A DNA stretch of 64,000 bases, taken from the NCBI GenBank assembly GCA_002189035.1, contig NEEC01000004.1, positions 2,232,001 through 2,296,000 of the forward strand, written 5' to 3'. The notes beneath the pieces are model-generated. The model worked only from the letters and a program-made list of their open reading frames with translations. It did no database searches and was not told where the DNA came from. A program made the position numbers and the translations under genes. Shown piece by piece: positions 50,191 through 60,466 of this stretch (its first letter is position 1; every line of letters starts with the position of its first letter). Source of the DNA: Utricularia gibba. Its lineage: Eukaryota > Plantae > Magnoliophyta.

Positions 50191-52210
50191 GCTAAATAGA
50201 GACTTTGTGGTGGTGAGCGATCCACTTATTTCTCCTTGATTGATGGGTGCCAATATCATTCTCATTTAGTATATGCAACAACAAATTACATCTTGAGATT
50301 GGACAATTATGGATTCTATTTTTCTCTATGATAGTTATGAATAGTTGAGAATAACTCAAAGCCCTCACTTGAAAACACCATTTGCTCTTGAAATTTGGAA
50401 GCTCCGCATCACTATTTTCTTCATTAGTTTCTTCATTTTTAGTGAGATTTGAGTCATGATCACTATCTTTTGATAATGATCTCATTCGGTTTAAAGATGA
50501 GATTTCAATAATATTGAGCAACAAGTTTCTCAAAATGACCATTTATAGAAAATATTAAAAAAATATACCAGCCCATGAACAAAAGAAAATCTACCAATGA
50601 CTGACCACAAAAAGCTTTTGAAAAATTTATACAACAAATGGTTACAATAGTAGAACAAAAAGCATTTGATGAATCTATAAATTGTTGAAAAATATATAAA
50701 ATGAATACAAAGCTTTTAAGTTATCATGTCTCATGCAAAATGAAGATGAGCGTTTCATATTTTATCTCGTGAATATAATGAAAAATTTGGAAAACTGATG
50801 TTTGTGAAATACAAGATGTAAAACATAAAATTCAAAATACAACAAAGGCAACAATTTAATAGAACTAGCTTCCAAGCACAGTGCTCAAGTCATTGTAATC
50901 GAATCGACTAGCCCTAGGTGATGCGTTTGAAGTCATTGCATCATGCTTAGAAGATGCATGTGTAATCTATCAGCAACATGCAATATGGCTCTCAATCATC
51001 ATAAAGATCTCTCTGTTACTAGAACAGAGAAATAAATCAAGAACGGAGCTACATATTGTCCCCTCAAAGATCCTTGTGATATTTATTAATTGTTTCATGC
51101 AATCAGCTATTGACAATTTTTCTTTTCTTACAATAACTGTAGAAATTGCCTCTGATGCCTTAGTTCATCTTTCTTAAGATGCTTCTATACAATTACTAAT
51201 TCTATGAAGAATAGTTTGTTTTTTCTTAGATGATGTTGGTGTTGATTGCTCTTGAATATTCTCATGAGTTATAACATCTTCATGGGTTTGAAAGAAACCC
51301 AAATGAATAGTTTTACTAATAGTTCCTTTATCTAAATTGTCACTCTCCTCTTTATCTTGTTATTATATCCCTGCATTTGGCACATATCGCTCTTGAGCAT
51401 ATTTAATCTTGGGATCAAAATATTCTTTGCATCAACTTAGGAAATATAGGTAGTTTATTCTTGAACTGAGCAGCTACAACATTTTTCTGCTATAAAACAA
51501 TTGTAATAAAAATAAGATGAATATGAAAAAGTATAAATATAATATATTTAAAAAATTAATAGAACATTAATTCTTTGTAAAAACTCTATTACCATTAAAA
51601 AACAACATAAAAAGTAATGTATGATATGCATCTAATTCATATAATTAACACATGTATGAAGTCTAAATCATGTATAATTTAAACAATGAAACTTGCTACT
51701 TTATGGAACAGATCAATACCATAAAAAGCAAAGTAACACGCTATTCAATGAAAGGAATCAATAGCCATTAAAAAGAAACAAAACATGCTAATATCGATAA
51801 GGATACGATTTTTCAAAAAACATGATAACTTCACTTCAAAGTTTGCACCATTCAAGATCCATTTTAATTGTTCAACCATCAACCTCCCATCCTATTCCAA
51901 TCATATTACTTAGCCTCTTGTACACGCTCCAATATTCTTGAAAGCTATTCCACTTATTTTTTATTTGCACCAAATTGCATTTGTATGGTTCTATTGAATC
52001 CACTCAATAGATTTTTCTATCCATGTTAAATGAAGTGTTGCGGAAATTCCCTTTCTCATCCTCTATTAGTGCCCTTTGAAGGAAGATCTCGGTTGCAAGG
52101 AAATCCCATATTACTTTCTTGCCAGATTCTTTATTTAGTTAACTTAAAAATGAGGTATCTTTTTTTTTCACGTTTGATTGACTCCATATTAGTGTGTGAA
52201 ATGAACTTTT
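50190..52210 (-). mobile_element. Probable degenerate MULE/MuDR remnant
   Basis: KWCFQVRALSYSQLFITIIEKNRIHNCPI resembles the MuDR C.WR.RAS.....LF.I......H.C motif; remainder eroded. Confidence 0.35.
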
Positions 52211-53899
52211 AAAGAAAAATAAGTCAATCAAGATAAATAAAACTCTTATAAACAAGAAAACACAACAATAAGGAAAATCATAAACAATAAATAGCAAAAT
52301 GATATTCTGAAAAATAAAAAAATCAGAATAGGATAAAATAAGAAACTTTCTCTATGAATCAGGCCCGATTCAACAGACAAAGAGCATATTTCAATTATCG
52401 AGTGACTTGATCAAATCATTATGAAACATAACGTTCGTTTTCGCAATTCAACAAAAACACAATAAAACACTTTTATTGATTCATGATTGTTGTTTGACAA
52501 ACAATAAAACTACAAAAACAAAAGCATTCAACAATAATGAATCATGATACCAAATACCTTTCTAGTGAAGGAATAAAAAAAACCTATATGATAAAACAAA
52601 TGAAACATGTAAACGAATGGAAAAAAAAAAAACCTCTTGACACATGGCATAATGACAAACGAAACAAGAAGTGAACATGCCATAAAAAAACAAGACTCAA
52701 AATACATTCTCTTATAGACACTATTGTTGATCATCATCGATTATTGAAATTACCACTAGTTTGCCATCAATTGCGGGAAACAATAGTTGGTTTTGTGATG
52801 TAAACGTTTTTAGGTAATCTCAAAAGAAATATAAGTAAAACAAAAAGTAGGGATTTGGCCATGTGATTTTAAAAATATTTTACCATAAGGAAAAATAGAA
52901 ATAGATAATGTTCCGTGCATAATTCATTTTTTTTATTTTAGAAGTATAAATATTCTATATTATATATATATATTACCGAATAATGCTCTACACTTCTAAG
53001 GCTCAATCAAAATTGAAGTTCGCTTGCTCCCCGCTCTTTCACTCATTAAACAACACCTCTGATATCCATGATCCAAAAGACCTCAGATGCTCCCCATTCA
53101 AATTTAGGAAAGCGAAATCATTGGGGAAGTTTTTCAATCGATTGTTGGTATGTGATGGCCCTTCCTGTTCTCTCGCATGAATGAACGAGTGGTCTTCATT
53201 TTCCTTTCCTCAATTTGAATTCTTGTTATCTCGGGTTTTATTTGCATGTTAGAACATCTTCAAATGTTTCCACAAAAGTTGACGTGGTACTTCTATTTCA
53301 TTTATTAGATTTTCGAAAACTATTGTGTGAGTATAGTTTTTTTTCCGGATTTCCATAGAATGAAATTTTCATTTCTATTGTGGAAATCCATTAAAATGGC
53401 TGCCAAAAGATGGCACTAATTTTTTCTTCCCCCATTCCACTAACACAAATTCCATTGATGCCAATTCCACTTACCCTTCGATTTTCCCCAATTCCACTAA
53501 CATCAAATTCAGATCAAGTACTCATTCTCTTTTTATTCTTCTTCATGTGTCATACTTGTAGCTCATTATACTTACAAGACTAGTATCAGATGTATCTGTT
53601 TTGAAAAATCTCTGCAAAATCGTAGCCTTTATTTGCTGCCCTTCCCTCAATTTCTTGAAAGAGTCTTTGTCACTAGAACTGCTCTTATTAGGCCCATTGT
53701 CATTGCTGCTTCAAGTCTTTTGTTTCTTATGATGCAATGCCACATGTCGTCATTGCTCCTCTGCTTTGTTTAGAATTCAGGATTGATGTTTCTTATGATC
53801 AGTATAACTAGTTACATAAATTTCTCTGACCTGGGTTTTGAGTAATTAGAGCTATTAATGTTTAGATAAATTTGATTGTGCTTTTTTATAGGATGGTTG

Positions 53900-54847
53900 A
53901 TAGATGATTGGTTTCTACAAAATGGTATAAAGAAGATTAGCTCATTCTTGTTTCATGTTGATTTAACGTAAGCAATGATTCAGAACATGGAGCTTTACAA
54001 AACGAGAATAGTTTTTGGAAAAAAATATATGAGTATTATCATCAAGCTAGACCGCTCGAGCTCGTACATGAGATACAATTTTTCAAATGTGGGTAAGTCT
54101 AAACTGTTCTATTAACAAGTTTAGTGGATTATTTTGACCGTATTGTTGCAAGAGGAGGGAGTGGATTCAATGAATATGATTTTAAGCAACAAGTTGAAGT
54201 GAATAAAGATTCCTTGATATAAAATGTTGGGAGATACTGCGGAATAAGCCAAAATGGATATTGGTAAGAAATGTTTAATTGCTTTGAATTTATTTGTTAT
54301 TAGTTCTAATGTTTTTTTTTTTTTGGAAAACTAATGGAATGAAAAGTGTTATTCAATTAACTCAATCTCAAAACATTATGGAATCGCTATCAAATGAGCA
54401 TGGTAAATTTCTAATACACTTGATCTTTGTATTTAATTTCTTTTGTTGATTTCTTCTTATTATTCTTACTTTTTTTGTTTAGGTCTTGATAACATTGAAA
54501 AATCACCTACTCCACTAGAAGAAAGGCAAATTCAGCAAAAGGCGGCAAAACATAAATGCATGGAAAAACAAACGGTTGGATCAAATTCTAAACAAGTTGC
54601 GTATTCAAGACTCCGAGATGATATCAAAGCAATGAAGATAAGTATTGATAAGAGTAATGAATTGATGTTGCATTTCAAGCAACTATATATGACATTATTG
54701 ACAAATGAGCTTTCAAAGGTAGATGTTGTAAGTATGACTCAAGAACAAAAAAGGATGCAAGAACTTGCACATCATGGTCACAGTATTGTCTCGACAACTT
54801 CTACCCCAGTTATCCGAAACCAAGAGGAGGATGTATCAGATGATTAA
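53900..54847 (+). mobile_element. Pong-like Harbinger ORF1 (Myb/SANT, NAM-associated), pseudogenized
   Basis: HGALQNENSFWKKIYEYY, FDRIVARGGSGFNEYDF, CWEILRNKPKW; last exon ends at 54847. Confidence 0.75.
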
Positions 54848-55139
54848 TATTATTGTATTTGAATTTGGAATATGGTTTACATTTGAGACTACTTTAATTT
54901 AGTAACTTTTGAATTTACTAATAGTTTTTTTATAACTTATAAATATGATCATCACTCATTTATATTATTACAATATAAATAAATTGATAAGTACTAATGA
55001 AACATAAATGAATTATTATTAGCAGTTTATAAGAATTAAATTTGTTGATCTAAATAAAAGTGTTCAATGGTAATAAAAAGAATATGTTGATTGAATAAAC
55101 GTGTAGTTAAAATAAATAGATTTATTAAAACTAAATTAA

Positions 55140-55800
55140 TTTTATATAGTTGATAATTAAATTACCTAGTAAATATAAATAAAACTAGTAATTGAAATGA
55201 AAATTAAATTATCTAATAAATATAAATATATTTGATAGTTAATATAAATAGGTTGATAAAAATTAAATTGATTTTATGTATTTAAAAATTAAATTACTTA
55301 GTAAATATAAATAAAATTGATAATTAAAATGAAAATTAAATTATCTAGTAAAAAGAAATATACTTGGTAGTTAATATGAATAGTTGATTAAAATTAAATT
55401 AATTTTGTGTAGTTGAAAATTAAAATAACTAGTAAATAGAAATAAAATTGATAATTAAAATGAAAATTAAATTATTTAGTAAAAAGAAATATACTTGCTA
55501 AAAATAAAGTTAATAATTGAAATAATAACTAAATCATCTAGTAAATCGAAATAGCATTATTATTTGAAGTGAAAATTAAATCATTTAGTGAATAGAAATA
55601 TGCTTGGTAAAATAAAATTGTTAATTGAAATGTAAATTAAAAATCACCTAGTAAATTGAAATAATATTGATAACTGAAATGAAAAGTAAAATCAACTAAT
55701 AAATAGAAATATACTTGGTAGAAATAATATTGTTAATTGAAGTGAAAATTAAATCATCTAGTAAATAGAAATAATATTGGTAATTAAAATGAATGTGTAT
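55140..55800 (+). repeat. AT-rich degenerate tandem array between Pong ORF1 and the transposase
   Basis: About 40-50-bp monomers containing CTAGTAAATAGAAATA..GAAAATTAAAT; higher-order period 131-132 bp (monomer starts at 55166, 55298, 55429). Confidence 0.75.
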
Positions 55801-57659
55801 GAAAATAAATTTTTTAATTGAAAATTACATCTATATATATGTAGCTACTACTCAATTTTCTATTGATACATGAAATGGATCTTATTTGTCAAAAGGTTGG
55901 CCAGTGATTTTTGATGATGAAGATGTAATTTGTGCAGCAAAGTTATTAGAAGTGGTTGAAACCTTATGCAATAATTCTGATACATTGAGCATAATCGTGA
56001 ATTATGCCATTAAAGGTTAGTAGCTGATTATGACCGTCCATCTAGATGAACAATTTTCACCGAAGATTTCAGATGCGTCGATAATTATTTGAATGGATTG
56101 TTGACACTGTCAAAGGAATAGATCCGACTTTTAAAGAAAAATTAGATTGCACTTATCGACTTGGATTAGTGCATTACAAAAGTGCACAATAGGTATTCAA
56201 ATGCTAGTATATGGATGTGAGGCGGATGTTGTTAAAAAATATTTTTGTATTGGAGAGACAACATCCATAGATTATCTTTGATATTTTATTACTGCTATTC
56301 GTTCATATTTTTCAATAGAATATTTAAGGTCACCAACAATAGAGTATCTAGAACATTTGCTTGCATGGGGAGAATCTCATGGATTTCTTAAAATGTTCGG
56401 AATTGTAAATTATATACATTGGGAGTGAAAAAATTGCCCAATTGCATGACAAGGTCAATTTAAACATAGAGATCATCGCAAACCTTTGCTCATATTAGAA
56501 ACAATGGCTTTTGCTAATATATGGATTTGGCAGGTTTTTTTTTTTGGAATGCCAATGCAAATAATGATATAAACGTCCTATGGCATTCCCCTTTACTAAA
56601 TGAGTTACATAATGGCGTTGCTCCAAGAGTACAACTTACTATCAATAGTAACAACTATGACATGAGATATTATTTGGCGGATAGAATTTATTTTGAGTAG
56701 CCTGTTTTTATAAAGTTCATTACACTACCTCAAGATCGAAAATTTCAGCTATTTTCGCAATTATAAAAGAGTGTCACTGTTGCGTGTCGTTTCCTCAACA
56801 AATTTAAAATATTTTAAAACGTAAAACACTAGAAAGTGTAGTACGAGTATCGATCTCAGGGAGTTGTTTTTCGTGAAAAGTGTTTGCCAGCAACTTCTAC
56901 AAAATGTCACGGTTTTGTAAAAGGGGGTTTTTAAGATGCCGAAATGAAAGATACAACCTAAGTAATGGGCCTTGACTACGGGACGCAGTTCCTGGGAATA
57001 AGACTCCATCTCCTTCCTTTGTTCGCCCTTGCCTCGGTTTTCACTGATTTCTTCCGAATAGCTGGTTATAGGAGCAAGGAATAGCCTACTATCCCTTACA
57101 CTCTGATTGACAAGGAGGCACGGGAATAGCCTCATGTGATTCCCCCTTGGACGATTAGGAAGACAAGAGGATTGTCTTCGATTGCCTTCAAAACCGAATT
57201 GTGCGCGTGTGCCCAGCTGTTGCCAATGGCCAGTGGCAGGTCCGAGGTCACAACTTGTCCACTGTCGTGGTACCTAGGCCACAAACAATTTGCTACTTCC
57301 CTCGAACCAGCAGGGTTGGAGTTGGTGCTCTTCACCTTGATCTTCACTAAAATCCGTGAGAAGTGGCCTGCTACTCATGGACCTTAACTAAGAATCGTTA
57401 CAGAAAGATTGCAACAAGATGCGTGGAAGTATGCGGAATCCGAATTGAATTTACTGAAGAACCGAGTGTATTGCTCAGGACTTGGAAGGAAACTTCATCT
57501 ACTTCCCAAAAACTAAAGGTTTTTAGCCCAAAAGGGCCATGGAAATAGAAACAAAAAGAAACTAAGTGTTCTTCCTCCTCTCAAAGAGGAAGAACTCAAA
57601 AGTTCTAAGTACAAGAGAAAATGTTCAAAAGTTCTAAACTAGTGCTCCAAGTGGCTTTT

Positions 57660-59118
57660 TGATAAACGGGAATTTCCTAATATCGTTGAGAATAAAAATA
57701 GAAAATCCGTATCAAATAAATTTATAATCCCTAATCTACACAAAATACAAATTTGGAAAACTTGTATAGTGGATATCGGGGTCGATCACAAAGAGCTTGT
57801 GCTTGCTAAGTGTTTTAGTAAATGAATGATTTCGGATAACAGTAGGTCTTAGTCTAAGCTCGGATTAACAGTGGTAAACAAGTTCAGTAAACAAGGTAGG
57901 TAAGCAATATCAGGTTTCTACGCTAAGGTAACAGGTACTGGTTTTGACTCAGACTAATACGAGGACGCCTTAAGGGTCTGCGGGTGGTGTTATGCTAAGC
58001 TTCCTAACTTAATTTATTATCTTCCTACACTCACAACTTCAAATAACCTTACCCAGGTCATTCATCATATTTTTGGCTTAAGCTAGTTCCCAATATCATA
58101 ACCAACATTGCAATTAGGTCTACCCGCATGCAAGACATATAGAACTAGGTCTACCCAGTTCTACTGGTTCTACCCTGGACTAACACCGACTGATCCTGTC
58201 TTGGTTTGTTGGTCTACCTCTAAACCAAACATCTAAGTTGTGAAACTACTTGCTCCCCTCCTTAGGTCTACCCATGGTTTATTAGAAACAAGAGTTAAGG
58301 AAGACAACTAAATTTCATCATCAACCTAAGCACATACCACCCACTTCTCCTTAAGGCATCCCTAAAACTCTAGCCACTCATGCTTCGGCAACAAAACACG
58401 ATTTCATTCATATAAGTTGGCCAAAATGGCAGAAACATTGTAAACAAGTAAAATGCAGAAAGTCGAAATGTTCAGAAAACTAGAAAGTAAATAAAGATTG
58501 TTCTTCCGCCCGTTAGCTACTGTTCACAGCCCGGAACAGTAGCACTGGACTGGGCTCTGATGCTTTTCTTGGTGATGAAGGCTTCCCTTCCCCCTCTGGT
58601 TGGTGTTTCTCCCGTTGGGGGAGAAGACCCTTGCGTTCCCCCCTCTGGTTGGTGTTTCTCCCGTTGGGGGAGAAGACCCCTTGCGTTCCCCCCCCGGTCG
58701 CTCTACTTCGAGCTCTCTTTTTTTTTCCGAATTAATTTCCTTGTCTTTTGCTTCACTCCATTGCACTGTTTCTGACTGCCAGTACTATTCCTGACCACCA
58801 GTACTGCTCCTGGCCTGAACTTGCAGACTGCGGTGGCAGTAGAACAATGACCTTTGTCCTTCTCCGGATTTTGCGCCCTTTTTCGCTTGTTTTACATGCT
58901 TGCAAGTCTGATTTTCGGCTCATCTCCCTGCTGAACTTACTGAAGCATCAGTAAAAGAGTTGTGGACTAAATCCTTTGATTTAGTCCACTTTTCAACATA
59001 ATCACATAGGATTAACATAAACACCACTAAAGCATGAAAAACCACATTTATCTAACCTAAACCATAATAAAATATAACTATTTTGCATTATGAATTTCAG
59101 GAAAAATGTGTGTCATCA
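57660..59118 (-). mobile_element. Solo LTR B (1459 bp, Athila-like) nested in LTR A
   Basis: Termini TGAT..ATCA; exact TSD CTTTT at 57655-57659 and 59119-59123; U5-like GTGATCGACCCC motif (minus strand) near 57778-57789. Confidence 0.9.
58588..58685 (+). repeat. Tandem duplication (2 x about 49 bp) inside LTR B
   Basis: TTCCCCCTCTGGTTGGTGTTTCTCCCGTTGGGGGAGAAGACCCTTGCG twice, differing only in C-run lengths. Confidence 0.95.
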
Positions 59119-60466
59119 CTTTTATATGACTTCCCACATGCATTAAATCCTTTGGGTCCTCTTCCCATCATTCCTTCTGTCTTGCGTGCGCCAGCAACCT
59201 TTCTATGCGTGCAAGTTTGCGCCCAATAATTGCTGCAGACTCTGACATGCCGTAAGTCATGGGCCTTGACCAGTGTGAGTCTTCCGCCCACAATCATTCC
59301 AACTCACGTACAAGGCACGAAAACTCAGAGTCTGACCACCTGCAATACTCCTGCAACACTCCTGACAGTCTCCTGACATGCCTCGGTCAAAGTGTGAGAA
59401 AAAAAAGCATAAAATATACATAAAATGGGAAAATAGGAATTTTCTAGTAAAAATTAAATACTTAATAATAAGACTCCTAATTGGGTGACTTAGCTCTTAA
59501 TTAATACATAATAATACCTAAATAATAACTAGAAACTGACACTTAACAGTCACGAAAGATATATAACACACCTTTGGGATCTTACAAATCCAATTTGCAA
59601 TTCTGATAATGGTAGCAAGAGTTGGGGATTGAAAGATGATAAGAGATATTATGATCGTTGTTCAATAGTTCATCCTCTGGAAATTTACAAGAATGCTCAT
59701 ACAAATTTGCAAAGTTACCTTAGACGTGTGGAACACTCATGTGATATCAACATTCAATGACAATTGAAAAGAGAATTGATTGAACATATTTGGGCAAATT
59801 TCAATTGATATTTTATGTGAATGATTTTAATTTTCAATTGTTCTAATTGTGTTGAAATTGATGTCTGTAATTTATTTTTATATTTTATATTTTTTAAAAT
59901 TTCATCAATCATCTTCTCTTTCTTTCAACATTATGTGTTTACGGAAATGATTATACAAAAAATGAAAATTTAATAACTAGGTTTAAGGAAATCTAATGAA
60001 AGTTGTTACGAATTGTAAAATCTAGTAATTTTGTAGGTCTCACATTGTAACTACCAGCTACATAAGCTTGGTAATTGATTCAATTTTGAATAACAAAAAA
60101 TAGATTCTTTGAATTCCTCTCCGTTCTTCATTCTTCACTAAATTTCTCAGCAAAGTATCGTTCGCACAAAAATGATATGGCACTCTAGATTTTTGGAAAC
60201 CATTGGGGATACCCTTAGTAATCTTGATGGAAGGGAATGTTAGGTTATGAAGCATTATTGTTGCACTCCACGATGAGACTGATTTAGAACAAGAGATGTG
60301 AAGCTAAATTCTATGGCGCTGGATTATTTGAAGCAGAATCGTGTGAAGGGACAATAGCTTTGTGTAGGATATTAGCCAGGAAAAGAAAAATTGCTTCCTT
60401 TTGTTTAATTGGTTATTGTAGGAGTGTTGCTCTGTAGTGATTGATTTTCTTTGTAGCAGCTTTGGA

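Larger units (their letters stand above)
56778..59548 (-). mobile_element. Solo LTR A (Athila-like, about 1.3 kb once LTR B is removed) inserted in the transposase
   Basis: Termini TGTTG..TTAACA; exact TSD GTCAC at 56773-56777 and 59549-59553; its 3' end is homologous to the LTR at 48020-48248. Confidence 0.9.
55875..59808 (+). mobile_element. Pong-like DDE transposase pseudogene split by nested solo LTRs (coding 55875-56777 and 59549-59808)
   Basis: FHRRFQMRR, QMLVYGCEAD, EYLRSPT, HWE*KNCP, WIWQVFF..NNDINVL, YYLADRIY, then after the insertion KDI*HTFGILQ and terminal LIEHIW. Confidence 0.9.

Noticed and set aside
57296-57325. GGTTCGA B-box-like motif (tRNA or SINE)
   Set aside because: No A box or cloverleaf; lies within LTR A
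58524-58794. Repeat-spacer-like pattern and short ORFs
   Set aside because: Two adjacent units with no spacers inside a plant LTR; not CRISPR, not coding
60058-60255. 65-aa minus-strand ORF as possible organellar insertion or gene
   Set aside because: No recognisable plastid, mitochondrial or nuclear motif; probably TE debris
52981-60374. Possible TIRs of the Pong element (TAATGCTCTACAC at 52981; GTGTAGGATATTA at 60362)
   Set aside because: Only 10/13 match, and flanks do not give an identical TAA/TTA target duplication; not enough to set boundaries
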